From the NCBI RefSeq assembly GCF_035084215.1, contig NC_090344.1, positions 47,554,001-47,618,000 of the forward strand: a stretch of 64,000 nt of DNA. The letters are read 5' to 3'. Below, piece after piece: positions 38,701 to 51,255 of this stretch. This stretch comes from Heptranchias perlo. Its lineage: Eukaryota. Below the pieces are notes generated by a model. That model was given only the letters and a program-made list of their open reading frames with translations, made no database searches and was not told the origin of the DNA. Position 1 is the first letter of the stretch; each line of letters begins with the position of its first letter. The position numbers were made by a program, and so were the translations under genes.

Positions 38701-41700
38701 TGGGAGACCCCTTATTTTTAAACTGTGGCCCCTAGTTCTAGTCTCTCCCACAAGGGAGATTTGTTTTTAAAACAAGAGCCCAAAGCCTTGGTTCTTTTCA
38801 GGGACCTTTTGTAGGAGTCTCTGATGAACCATTTTGTTGACCTTTCAACCCATCAAGGGTATACCTTTTCATTGGCCTTGTTCATCACTGTAAGTAAAGA
38901 TACAACGTGGGTAAATAAACCTCACTTGTTTGAAGATCTAGTCTGTGTCTAATTGACCACTGGGTCCTGGGCCTGCATCAGCTTGTCACACAAACTTTTG
39001 CTTCTTGGCTAATGTACATGTCACACACCCTGCCTGTGTCTTATCGACAGGTTGTCTCTTAAAGTCACTGAATGGTCTCAGGAAAATATTATGGACTTGC
39101 TGCTGCCTTGACCTAAAGTTAAAAGAACTCAGCTAAAGATACAGTTACCCAAAAACTAACTTTTCAAGCACACTTACCCTGTTTAACTGCTGAAGTCATA
39201 AAACATAATAGAAAAATTTTTTTTCTCCTCATTCGACGCATGAGAAATAATCTGCTTTCGTCACAAATGAGTTCCAGAATTAAGGTAGCATCTTTTGGAG
39301 ACTAAGCTTGAAAACTGAGGAAAGAAATTATTCTTTTGATGCAGAACACTGCCTTTTAATCTTGCAGTGTCCCTTTCAGTTTGAAGAGCTTGATCTTGCA
39401 ATATTATTTCAAGGTACATTATACTTGTGGCTCACAGCAGGCCCTTTATTTCATTTATTTGGCTTCAAGCACCCATTTAAAACTCTTGTATCTCCTTGTA
39501 GAAGTGGTAGCAGCCATGGGATTTGTTGCATTTGATCGTTACTTTTCAAGTAACACAAGTGTTGTGTTGCAGGGGATGCCACAGTGACCATCTCTCATCG
39601 ATACACGCCTAAAGACCAACTGAGGGAGCACACGAAGCTTGCTGATATTATTGTGGCCGCAGCAGGTGAGCGAATGGTTTAAAGTTTCAGGAATGTTTGA
39701 GACTGGAGTCTTCTGCGCTGGAGGTTACGGTTTCACCAGTAGATTGGGTCAGATGCACATGGCTAGGCTTTTGGTGCAAAGTTAACCATGTGTTTCGTAG
39801 GGTTTTGTTAAGTCATAAACAGCACCGAGTCCAAAAATGTGGACTTCGGGAAGTCATACCAAACGCGAACTCCCGGACTTAACTGATTGACGTAATACCG
39901 TTGGTCCCCTTAACCAAGATCGGAGCACTGCGAGAATTATTTTCAAGGAATTTAATCTTTATTTTCATGAGACTTTTTCAGAAGGTGTGGGTAAGCAGTT
40001 CCTTGAAAGTGACTCAATGAGAGAATTGCTGGCCTCTTGCACAACTCTGTGTCATGAAGGAGATGATTAATTTGCAGACGTGTATCTCTTGGTCCATCGA
40101 CTGTTGCAATCGAGTTCCAGTACACCGTACCACAATAACACATTCCTGCTTTTGTGCCTACCACCCTTTGTTACTACTGCCCACCCAAAACTAGACACCA
40201 ATATGGTGGGGAGGTAGTACGTTTTGAGCAAGCTTGAAGTAAACTAAAATTCACTGAAGTGCTACTGGCAATATATTTCACATGAAGCACCATTTTTAAC
40301 AACAATATCATTCTCTTTTCGTAAAAAAAAACATTACTAATGAGTCTACCTTGTTTCGTCATCTGTGTAGATCAGAAAAGAGAGGGCCAAGGGGAGAAAT
40401 GGTTGGTTTGTGTTTTCCATTATATTTGGAGCCTGTCAATCAGAAGCTGCCTGTCAGAATGCTTGATTCTCAAGGATGTGGCTCCCCAAGGGTTGGACAG
40501 AACTGAGGTGGTTCTGATTTTTGTCTGCAACAATATCAAACAATTATTCTGGCAGAGGGATGGTGAACAGCCGTTCTCGTGTCACTTTATGGTTATTTCC
40601 AGAAATGCTCTGGTTGCAGGTTTAACTCTTCTCCTGGTGTTGAGTCGATTGCATCACCCCCTGCATTAAGGTTTCAGTTTCCCACAAAAGCCATTGCTGA
40701 CTGAAGTGAAGGGAGGGCAGGTTGAAGTTTTTGCAGTTGCTGTGTCTCAGCGAAATTGGCTGTTCTTTCCCCTCTTATCAGTCATCTGAACTGGCTCGGT
40801 CGCCCAACTTCCTGTGACTTTTCAGTGACTGACTGATGTGCAAACCCTACCAGCCGTTGCAAGAATATAAAAGAAACCGACCTTATAATTTAGGCAAAAT
40901 TCCCAGCAGTAACTTAACGACATAAGTTGTTAGATTCTGTGCATTTTTTTTTAAATTTTAAAACAAATTAAAATCTGAATGAGCACCAGCTCAGGATTTC
41001 TGTTCCAATAGATTTCTTGCTCACGGTTGGCTGTGCAATCAAGATGGAAATGAATATTGCTTTACCAAGTATTGTGACTTGATCTCCTTCCCTGTCCATT
41101 GCAGGCATTCCTAACCTCATCACAGCTGACATGATTAAAGAAGGAGCTGCAGTCATTGATGTTGGTATTAACCGTATCCAGGACCCGGTCACTGGGAAGC
41201 CCAAGCTTGTTGGCGATGTTGATTTTGAAGGTAATGGAGGTTTAGCAGACAAGTTACATGCAGTAACGTGGAATTCACAGCACAGAAACAGGCCCTTTGG
41301 CCCAACTGGTCTATCCCAGTGTTTATGCTCCACATGAGTCTCCTCCCACCCCTCTTCATCTAACCTTACCAGTTGTTAAAATGATACATGAAATATAGAG
41401 AATATATGGTGCTATGAGCCTGATAAATTGAGTTTTAGTCAGTCAGCTGCAGAAGGGGAATGTTGTCTACTTATAATTATGTCTTGTGCTTTTTTAAAAA
41501 AAAAAATGATTGATCCGGTAATTTGAAGTAAATAATTTAAACAGCAAAATGCGAATTTAGTACTTTTTAAAAAAAAATTATCCTGTCATTTGAATTAAGC
41601 AACTTTGAACGAAGAGAAGTAAAGAATATAATTATCACCCAGCTTCTTGGCTGCTATGTTCACTCCACTTCAGGTAAGTTTTTAAAAAAAAAAAATATTC

Positions 41701-43540
41701 CGTTGTTCCTCCCCTTACCGAGGTAAAGTTCAGGCGATGGGGAGTCCTGAGAGGAGGTATATCGTCTTGGTGACCATTCTTCACCTGGGAGCCAAGATAA
41801 TGAGTGTCACACTGATCCTGACGTTCACAATACCTTGAAGTCAATTGGGTATCATGGAGGTCTCTCTAACTCGAGCCAAGGATAATACCTGGATCACCGT
41901 TACCTGTGTGACTCAGTACAGCAGCATACTGGGCAAGACTTGCTCCCATTGCTCTGTGTAGCGTTGTAAGATGTAAGGAATCTCACAACACCAGGTTATA
42001 GTCCAACTGTTTTATTTAAAAATCACAAGCTTTCGGAGGCTTTCTCCTTCGTCGGGCCACACTCGCTCACCCGACGAAGGAGAAAGCCTCCGAAAGCTTG
42101 TGATTTTCAAATAAAACAGTTGGACTATAACCTGGTGGTGTAAGATTCCTTACATTTGTCAACCCCAGTCCATCACCGGCATCTCCACATCATAGCGTTG
42201 TAAGCACATTCAAAACAAAATAATTCATGATTTTGCTAGAAATACTGATCAAGGGAAATCTTCAGCGCATTTTCCACTGTTAATATGCATAGTGACGAAA
42301 GCAGCTCTTTATTCCCCCCATCCCCCCCCCCCCCGTGACGTCTTGACCCACGGTCATGAAGGATGGTAACATTAAATGCGGTAACATTGCTATATGGATT
42401 ATGATCTGGATCTGAAGATGTTGGTGATGTATTCCCCCCCGCCTTGCCAAAACAAAAGCATTTTGATGCAATATGATTCTACAAGTATGGACATCATTCT
42501 TTTACTTCCCACTTGTGGCCCTGCTTCACATGCATGGTTAGGCACTGAAAGGTGGGATCACAGCCAAGCCTAAATGTCTCCACCTCTTAACCTGCACAGA
42601 CATACGTTCCAGCACAAGAGCCTTGGCAGAGGCTAATTGTACTGTTTCCCTGGCTTATAGTAGCTGACTCAGGACAGATCAAGAATTGAACCTTTGGTCC
42701 TGTCAATCTGAGTGCCAGTGCCTGTAAAGTTTGAGCCATTGAGTTGAGTGCTGTACATTGACTTAAGATTGCTTGATGTTTTGCTGCAATTCTACTATTA
42801 AACCTCTCTCTCCAAATGGTTACACAAGTTCAATTATCAGTTGCAACAGAACATTGCAAGACGCTGGAAAAACGAGGCTCCACATTAAAATTTCAGTTCT
42901 TACAATATTAATTTTAATGCTTGCTATCTGAGGTACAACCTTTCATCTCTCTCTGGTCTGGAGAAGTCTGCATTTTTGTATGACTGTCGACTTGATTAGA
43001 TTAGAGAATTAAGATTTGTTAACCAGCTCGCTCAACGCCTTAATTTACTTCACATGTGACTTCAATTATATTTTTTCAAACTGGCAAATAGCACTGGAAT
43101 GAACTACACTATAAAATGAAAGAATAAATCCACCACTGTTCATTGTGAGATTTTAAAAAGGATCCACGTCAGCTCTTTGGGAATTCGGGGCATGGATTGG
43201 AGTGAGCGTTGTATAGTAGTGAGATGCTTCGCAAGTAAAACTGGGCTGAATACCGCCTTTTTTTTGGGGCAGGCCATCAATTTGGAAAGCCTGCAATCAA
43301 ACCTCGCATCGGTGCAGCGACAGTTGGGCGCACTTCATGGTGGGGGCGCTTAATAATAATTTTTAAAAATATGGTCTTCCAGCATTCTCCTTTTAACCTG
43401 TACCTTTTTTTTCAGGGGTGAAGAAGAAAGCCAGCTTTATTACGCCAGTACCAGGAGGAGTTGGGCCCATGACCGTTGCCATGCTGATGAAGAACACCAT
43501 CATTGCAGCCAAGAAACTTTTGAAGCTGAGAGAGAACTGA
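23706..43540 (+). CDS. MTHFD2: Mitochondrial bifunctional methylenetetrahydrofolate dehydrogenase/cyclohydrolase, 334 aa, 8 exons
   Basis: join(23706-23797,30067-30251,33458-33580,36445-36597,37406-37513,39573-39665,41105-41230,43416-43540) = 1005 nt, intact. Motifs [55 protein letters not shown]. Synteny with MOB1A and SLC4A5 argues against MTHFD2L. Confidence 0.95.
26909..27063. other. Assembly gap (155 N)
   Basis: Run of N. Confidence 1.
27064..29025. repeat. ~2-kb C/T-rich simple repeat (CnTCTTCCCTT, then CnTCCTCTTCTCTTT units)
   Basis: Almost pure C/T next to the gap; source of the spurious poly-Pro and poly-Gly ORFs. Confidence 0.95.
29515..29868 (+). mobile_element. CR1-type LINE 3' fragment
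   Basis: TGAGGGGTGACCTAATAGAGGTC...GGAGCATAAACA..GGCACAGACCAGTTGGG; opposite-strand relatives at about 37590-37890 and 41275-41370. Confidence 0.7.
30067..30251 (+). CDS. MTHFD2: MTHFD2 exon 2
   Basis: [14 protein letters not shown]...KTKAAADV; TTTCAG / GTATGG. Confidence 0.95.
31878..32488 (+). mobile_element. CR1-type LINE, 5'-truncated (ORF2 C-terminus + 3'UTR)
   Basis: Translates [53 protein letters not shown], typical of the CR1 ORF2 end. Confidence 0.88.
33458..33580 (+). CDS. MTHFD2: MTHFD2 exon 3
   Basis: [12 protein letters not shown]...[11 protein letters not shown]; GCAG / GTAAGA. Confidence 0.95.
35150..35460 (+). mobile_element. CR1-type LINE 3' fragment (second family)
   Basis: CCACCTAGAAGGACAAG...GGGTCAAAATCCTGGAACTCCCT...AGGGATGGGCAATAAATG; copies at 22717, 51519, 54440. 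Confidence 0.75.
36445..36597 (+). CDS. MTHFD2: MTHFD2 exon 4
   Basis: [22 protein letters not shown]...[14 protein letters not shown]; CCAAG / GTGATT. Confidence 0.95.
37406..37513 (+). CDS. MTHFD2: MTHFD2 exon 5
   Basis: [36 protein letters not shown]; TCCAG / GTGAGG. Confidence 0.95.
38430..38757 (-). mobile_element. CR1-type LINE 3' fragment
   Basis: Reverse complement of the family at 5130 and 48200 (GAGCAGGAGTAGGCCAT...GATCATGGCTGATCT). Confidence 0.75.
39573..39665 (+). CDS. MTHFD2: MTHFD2 exon 6
   Basis: [31 protein letters not shown]; TGCAG / GTGAGC. Confidence 0.95.
41105..41230 (+). CDS. MTHFD2: MTHFD2 exon 7
   Basis: [24 protein letters not shown]...LVGDVDFE; TGCAG / GTAATG. 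Confidence 0.95.
41971..42192 (+). mobile_element. Fold-back non-autonomous Penelope-type element with hammerhead motifs and 12-bp TSD
   Basis: 86-bp arms 41971-42056 and 42070-42155 (about 3 mismatches), 37-nt tail; TAGCGTTGTAAG at 41959-41970 and 42193-42204. Confidence 0.85.
43416..43540 (+). CDS. MTHFD2: MTHFD2 exon 8 (last)
   Basis: [41 protein letters not shown]; TTCAG acceptor. Confidence 0.95.
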
Positions 43541-44921
43541 ACAAATTGTGTAACCCTGTGGCAGAGCCACATAGAAATGGGGCACAGTGCCCTGCTAAAC
43601 ATTCCAATGTACTGTTTTTACACCTTCCCATACCAAAGGCTGACAGTTGAGCAATTATTTATTTTCATATTGTGCTTGAAGGCATTGGATTCTTCACTTT
43701 GCATTGAATGTAATTTATTTAGGAGTACCTTGGTTAAGAAACTAAGGAATGTGCAATTTTTATAGTTTGTCTTACTGAGTGAGAGGCTTCCTACACAAAA
43801 AGCCTTAAAGGTCAATTGTTGGGTGTATCTGTTCCCCTAAATGATGCAAAAGATGAGTTTTATTCCTGAGTTGTTTGAAGTTATAATGAGCTATTTTAAT
43901 TGTCAGGAGAGGGCCCCAGCCTACAGCTTATGTGTTGAGGCGTTAGTGAAATAAGTCCAGCAAAAGTCATGCTGGTGCATTCATTTGGTACTCCACAAGG
44001 AATATTGTAAAACTGTGGGATAGTACGAGTCTGTCGACATTCCAATTTTACATTGATAGAAGCAAGATGGCCTGGACCACTTCATGTCCCCTGTTGTGGT
44101 ACGAATGGAAGAAGGAAAGCAATCTGGAATTCCGTAGAGCTATAATGTCTTATTTGGACAGACTCGATTTTAAGCTCAAATAATGCAAACGCTTTAAAAT
44201 GACTGTCCTTGGCCATTCTATCAAAACACCGTCTTGAGGTTGGTGATGCAGTACGTTGGCTTTTATCAGCATGCTCTTCCATCGAAGGTTGGGATGACAG
44301 CTTCTGATGTTGGCTCTGCCTTCTGTGTATGCTGAGTGAATACCAGGCAGTCCTCCTCCTCCTCCTCCACTCCGCCCCCGGCCTGATTGGGCAGTTGATG
44401 GGTCTGAAAAGCCTGCTATCATACTGCTCACAGGGCAGTTTGGGTGAGATGAGCAGGGTGGCGCAGGGATTTGTGAAAGTGCACTCTTGATCCAGAAGCA
44501 ACTGATGTTGGATGCTGTTGACTCCCTCTCTCTAGGGTATGGTTTTCATGCTTCAAATCTGTCACAAACTGGATATTGATATGGTGGATTTGCATTCGCC
44601 ACAATGCCTTGAAATACAGATATGGAGGAGGAGCTGTTGTCTAGCTGGGCAGGAATGACTTCCCAGAACCATACAAATATTGACCAAGTAGTAATTGTGA
44701 CAAAGGAGCTAAATCTTCAGTCATATCAACTGTTTCGACAGTCAAAAATGATAATTTGTGGGGTCAGCATACTAACGGTTTTGTAAGGATGTCGTGTCCA
44801 ATTTCTGTGAGTAGCTATAACTCCCCTGTTAAAATCTGTTTATTGCTACGTGCAAGCATTGGCAAGACCTAATGTATATCATTGATGTGCCCATTTGTGG
44901 TAGGAGTGCTTTGAGCTGTGA

Positions 44922-44927
44922 AATAAA
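44922..44927 (+). terminator. Candidate MTHFD2 polyadenylation signal
   Basis: AATAAA about 1.4 kb after the stop. Confidence 0.5.
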
Positions 44928-47169
44928 ATTGTTAAAACTGCAAAAGTAAATCTCCTCTCATTGTGAAACTGTCACACGCTCCCAGAGGCCAAGACTACAG
45001 GGATGGAGATGCTGTTGGTTTTCTCTCTCCAAGTTGCATATGGACTATCACTGGACCACCACACTATCCATGATAATGTTTCAGATGAGAGGATGTGACT
45101 CTGAATTTTAGTTCCTTTGCCGACAGTGCCGTGAGCCCATTTAAAATGGCACCGCACAAGTTGAAAGCTGGATTCTTCAAAGGTGCGTTGCACTATTTTT
45201 GCTGTTGCATTATGTGACTTTCTTAATGGCATGGGGTATTTCTACTGAATGTTGATCCTTGGATTCCTGTTTGCTTTTGATGAGCCTTTTTTGTTTGGCT
45301 TTTTTTAATATCTTTCCTTTTCCCACTAGCCTGTTCCTAACACCTACAGTTTAGCTTGCAGTTCCCCTTTACATGTGAGCAACAACCCTACAAGAGATGC
45401 TGCTCCAACAATGTTTCCCCCCCCCAGTCCGACACGTGCAGCTAGTGTGAAAGGAGTCTATTTGATTGAGCTGGTTTTGCATCAGTTCTCTGGTGCATTC
45501 AATCTGCCCTGACTGCATCAAGACAGCAACTTTGACCTGTTGGTCTTGTCTCTTTAACACTACTGCAACAAACAGACCAGCTGAGACTCCTCACCTCTTA
45601 TTGGTGACTTTGTGTGACGGGCTGCCCTGGGATTGCTTCTGGTGCTGAGCTGTGTGTTTTCTTCAGCTTTGTACTTCTGTCTCCTTCCTGTTGTTATTTC
45701 CCCACACCACTCAGGATTCTCCAGGTAAAAAGACAGACATGTGACCAACTTCCAGACCTCCTGGAGTGACTCTCTCTTACGTTTTTCCTTTTTGTGGTCA
45801 AGTACTTGGCCTGTGCTCAACACAGACCTGGAACTACCTGTGTGGGTAGGTGTGCACTAACCTGCATACTACCACTCCATGCTGGAGCTCCAACACACTG
45901 CAACACCAATCTGTGATCCTGAAGAACTTGTTGGGCAGGAGAGACCCATTGACTCTTTGAGTAGCCTGACAGGGTTTATGGTCAGATTATAATCCTGTTG
46001 ATAATGATCATTTCATTTGTGAGATTATTTTCAAATACAAAAATGGAGGATTCTCTACGTGCCTTCAATATTTATATATTATATCTCCCTTTCACCGATG
46101 ATCACTTTTTAAAATTTGAGGCCCCTTCCTCAAATAATCTGAAGTAACAAATGCGCAAAACATTGCTTAAACAGTGGTTGGCGGAGTGACCTGTGCCCGT
46201 CCTGTTCGGAGGAAGATTCCCCATAATAACAAACCATTCCTGAGTATTGTGGGATGTGTAGCATTAGAAATGCACCTGACTACAAGCATAAAGTATTATA
46301 CAGCAGGGTGCATTATAGAAAATTGTTGTGTGTGGTTTTTTTGTTTGGTGAGTGAGCAATGAGCAAAGCAGACTGACTGGTATTTCAATGCTGCAGAAGA
46401 CAAGTCCTCCAAATGCATCTGCGTGATACTTATAATACCCACATGAATCACCCACCAGGTGTTGCTTTGTTGAAACCGTGCCAAGATGAAGCCTACAGTC
46501 CAGGCCCAATTGGTTGCAACAGTATTATTAACTAATGCAAATATAGTTTAAATTGTGTAAGTTGTGACATACTACAGCATCATTGAGAAGGTGTTTTGCA
46601 TATTACCTCAATTATTGAGTGAGTCACCTGAGGCGTGTTGCATCAGAGTCTGTTATGTTTGAGAGTGGAGTTACAAAGAGTTTATTTGACATAATTGATC
46701 CAACGGAGAAGGACACACGGACGATCAGCTTTATATTGGAGGTTGGAATGTTTCTAAAATGTTACGATGAGCATGTTGTCAAGAGGTGGTTTTATGAAAA
46801 AGGATCGTACATTACATCACTTGTGTCGTCTGATGGAGAACCAAACTTGGCAAGCAAGCAAAAATCAGGGAGCTCACCATGGATTGCCCATGTGCATCCT
46901 CTTGTGTCACAACAGCAGAGGACTGGTTATTAAGTTAACTGACCTTGGCTCTTTGCCAAAGACAAAGGGGAATCAACTATTCCTTTCGGAGAAAAGAGGA
47001 GATTGAGCCTTTTCTCCGTAATTAATAACATGTTTGCAAAATAGTAGGAATAGATAGATTCAACGTATGTGGTTTCTGAAGATGCAATCTTATTAGTAGA
47101 TTGTTGGTTATAGGGAAGAACAGGCATTGCATTAGAAGAGGAATGGGGTTTTATGTCTTGCAACCATAG

Positions 47170-47470
47170 AACAAAAGAACTTGCATTTATATAGCTCCTT
47201 TCATGTCCTCAGGATGCCCCAAAATGTTTCACAGCCAATGAAATACTGTTTGAAACGTTGCGCTGTAGGCAAACGTGGCAGCTAATTTGAGGACAGCAAG
47301 ATTCCACAAACAGTGATGAGGTAAATGACCTGTTTTGATAATGTTGGTTGAGGGATAAATATTGGCCAGGACACAGGGAGAACCCCTCTGCTCTTTAAAA
47401 TCATGCCATGGGATTATTCACATCCACCTCAAAAAAAAAAGTAGACAGATTCGGTTTAACATCTCATCCC
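47170..47470 (-). mobile_element. Deu-domain SINE (SacSINE1/AmnSINE1-like) fragment
   Basis: Reverse complement of the element at 58320-58700. Confidence 0.7.
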
Positions 47471-48199
47471 ATCTCTTCACCCAGCAAAAGGAATCAGCTG
47501 TAGTAATTTGTATGTATGTATATTTCTGTTTATCTGTGCACATAAGCACATTGTGTGTATTTTTTTTTGTACATGTAATACATTGCTCCATTGATTACAT
47601 GAGCACATCAAGTGTTTGTATCATGGAAAGTAGCTGAGTCTTAGCAAGAAATTTTCAACATCCAGTTCCAATTCGACTTAGTCTCACGTCAACCAATTAA
47701 CTCTCAAGTCGCCAGGAGTGACAAAATGTCTGGAGCAGTTGCAACAATATGCTTGATCAGGTTTTCACTTTGCTAACTTTCCCAATGTTATTGTACAGGC
47801 AAAATTGTTTTTAACATTCAGAACACAGGATAAGGCAACAAAATGGCAGACAGACATTTAGTCACTAATAAATATTAATACTTGCATTTATCTAGTGCCT
47901 TATCGCATTGAAGTTTCTCAAAGCAATGAATTACTTTTGAGTGTCGTCTAAGCTGACAGACGTGTCGCTGGCAATGTCTCTCAAACAGCAATGAGATGAT
48001 TGACCAGTTAATTTTTTTTTTGGTGCTGTCGGCTTGGACACCAAGTAATCTTCATGCTTTTCTTTGAATATTAGTGTGGGATCTTTAATATCTACCTCGA
48101 TGGCTCCTTGGTTTGACATATTGTCAAAAGGAGAGCACCTACTAAAGCAGCATTCCCTCAGGACCTGCACTCGAGTGTTGGCCTAAGTTATGTTCATAA

Positions 48200-49258
48200 G
48201 GGCTCATGGGGTTGGAAGTAATATATTAGCATGGATTGAGGATTGGTTAACTGACAGAAAACAGTAGGGCGAAACGGGTCATTTTCCGGTTTTCAGGCTG
48301 TAACTAGTGGGGTGCTGTAAGGATCGGTGCTTGGGCCTCTGCCAATTAGAATCTATATTCGTGACTTAGATGAAGGGACTGAGTGTAATGTATCTAAGTT
48401 TGCTGACTATATAAAGGGAAAGTAAGCTGTGAGGAGGACACAGAGTCTGCAAAGGGATATAGAGAGATTAAGTGAGTGGGCACGAAAGTAGCAGATGGAG
48501 TATAATGTGGGGAAATGTGAGGTTATTCACTTTGGTCGGAAGAACAGAAAAGCAGAATATTTTTTAAATGGTGAGAAACTATTAAATGTTGGTGTTCAGG
48601 GAGAGCTGGGTGTCCTCGTACAAGAAACACAGCATGCAGGTATAGCAAGCAATTAGGAAGGGAAATGGTATGTTGGCCTTTATTGCAAGGGGGTTGGAGT
48701 ACAAGAGTAAAGAAGTCTTGCTACAATTGTCCAGGGCTTTGATGAGACCTCTGTACAGTTTTGGTGGTCTTATCTAAGGAAGGATACACTTGCCTTGGAA
48801 ACTGTGCAACATTGATTCCTGGGATGAGAGGGTTGTCCTGTGCGGAGTGATGAAGTAGAATAGGTCTATACGCTGGAGTTTAGAAGAATAACAAGTGATC
48901 TCATTGAAACATAAGATTCTGAGGGGGCTTGACAGGGTAGACATTGAGGGGTTGTTTCCCCTGGCTGGCGAGTCTTGAACTCGGGGGCATCGTCGCAGGA
49001 TAAGGGGTCGGCCATTTAAGATGAGGAGGAATTTCTTCACTTGGAGGGTGATGAATCTTTGGAATTCTCCACCTCGGAGGGCTGTGGATGTTCGGTCATT
49101 GGGTATGTTCAAGGCTGAGAGAGATTTTTGGACTCTCGGGGAAATCTAGGGATATGGGAATCGATTGGGAAAGTGGAGTTGAGATCAGCCATGATCTTAT
49201 TGAATGGTGGAGCAGGCTCCAGGGGCTCTATGGCCTGTCCTGCTCCTATTTCTTATGT
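48200..49258 (+). mobile_element. CR1-type LINE, ~1.05-kb degenerate RT and 3' end
   Basis: Remnants such as WIEDWLTDRKQ, VTSGV.xGSVLGP, SKFAD, QRDI.RLSEWA, and a family 3'UTR. Confidence 0.85.
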
Positions 49259-49344
49259 ACCCTGTTATGGACTCAAACCCACAAGCTTATAATCCAGAGG
49301 TGGGAATAATATCGACTGTCAGTAAAGCTGCCCATTTATTCAGC

Positions 49345-49567
49345 CATGATGTGGAGATGGCGGTGATGGACTGGGGTGGACAAATGTAAGGAATCTTACA
49401 ACACCAGGTTATAGTCCAACAGTTTCATTTGAAAATCACAAGCTTTCGGAGACTTTCTCCTTCGTCAGGAGGCTTTCTCCTTCACCTGACTAAGGAGAAA
49501 GCCTCCGAAAGCTTGTGATTTTCAAATAAAACTGTTGGACTATAACCTGGTGTTGTAAGATCCCTTA
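49345..49567 (-). mobile_element. Second fold-back Penelope-type element, opposite orientation, 12-bp TSD
   Basis: Tail 49345-49381; arms 49382-49469 and 49485-49572; CATTTATTCAGC at 49333-49344 and 49568-49579. Confidence 0.85.
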
Positions 49568-51255
49568 CATTTATTCAGCAGCAGTGGACTGCATTTTTTT
49601 TGAACCAAGGTTGCTCACGTGAACAGGGTGTTGGCAAATCATGGAAACTTTTCCATGCTGGTGGTGAGCTTTGTTTGTTTAAGGTGGCTTTATTTGCACA
49701 CCTGCCCGACGCATGTCAATTAAAAACCAAAGGACAGAAGGTGAAGAGTGTGCAAATGTCCTGGGGTGTTTATTGTTCATTTCCATGAACTCGACTCCAA
49801 GGAACTGGTATTGTTGATTTTCATGCAAAAAGGGCCACTGTGAACCTTTAATTTAATTTCAAAATCCAAATCCCAATCCCAATGTAAAGGTCGGCAAAGT
49901 GCACTTTCACTGTTTGGCGCAGGGACCAATTCACCTTCTGTCTGTATCGACGGGCAAAATCGGCGAAGGAGAATTCTTTCAGATGCAAACAGCTGAAGGA
50001 AAGTCCATTGAACAGGAGCAGGCGCCGAGGATAGGGCGCAGAATGCATTTCAACTCCTCCTCGCAGTACACGTTGGGAAGACAGTGGTGAGTGTTTTATT
50101 ATTTATTACAAGTATTTTATTTATCTTTCCTTCCAAAGTTGTTTCGCTGGTAGAACTGAAAGTTATCTGATCACAAAACCGGGTTCACTTTTTTGATTTG
50201 GAAAAAGCATGAATTTGCTCGCGGCTAATTTCAACTCATTTTTCTTTACACCAAATTCAGGATAAAGTAAAACCCGAAAAACCAGAACGCCTTATCGTGC
50301 GAACACACACCACGTTTCTGGTCCATTTCGTTTGATTCCTCAAGTGTCTGAAATGCTGCCATCAGCACGAAGATGGACTGCCAGCAAAACCTTCACAGCA
50401 TTAATCTGTCATGGATGGGTAATTTCTACAGAGAATTGTCATGTCAATTAAAAAAATTAAATTAAAAAGGGAGTAGGGAAAAACATGGTTGATTTTTGTG
50501 GAGCAATCTTAATCTGCTAAGAAAAATCATTAACTTTGATCAGCAATTCCCACTTTTGTAGCACTTAATAGGAATAAAACATCAATTAGAAAAGCTAGAG
50601 TCCAGGAACTTTTGACAAGCGACATTAAAATCTACTAGATAGTTAACAGCTGCCTGACAGACCATCTGAATTCCCTCCACTTAACACACTGTGCAATATA
50701 ATTAAAAACAACTTGTTTGTAAAAGCAATAAGTCGCTCTCATCAGTTTTGCAATCCTGTTGAAGTGAATGGAGCAAAACTTGCTCTTAATAGCATTGCTC
50801 TTAAGGAGAAAATCTTGCAGGCAAGGCAGTGGCAAAGGAGCTATTTACATAAACAATGTTTCAACCACTTCACAACATCAAATTTAAATGTCAAAAGAGA
50901 ACTGGTTTTAAAAGTTACAATTGCCTCAAAGCAATTTCCTAATTCCTGCAATGTGTTGGAATACACTGCAGTCTTGTCTAACTGTTGTTTCCTAATCTTT
51001 AATAATATCAATGTCCTTTAAAAACATATTTTATACAACACAGCCAAAGCACGGCATAGATGCACAGAAGTCTCCACTTGCGGTAGATACTCAGATCTGG
51101 TATTGTTTCTGGACATTGTGCAGTTCTCAGAGGGTTAACATACAGAATACCGTGGCCTTGATCTGTCAGCCCATCAACAGTTCACGAGGTCCACGTGCTA
51201 ACAAAGTGTTCCTGACACGACCTGTCGTTACGTTCTAAGGTTACAGCAGACCAGG

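Noticed and set aside
41971-42155. Long hairpin as a pre-miRNA or DNA-transposon MITE
   Set aside because: Asymmetric tail, unrelated 12-bp TSDs and hammerhead motifs fit a Penelope-derived retroelement better; same for 49382-49572.
49899-50092. Plus-strand ORF ending at a GTGAGT donor
   Set aside because: No recognisable homology, clear acceptor or partner exons; lies near the likely SLC4A5 poly(A) signals (minus-strand AATAAA around 50095-50122).
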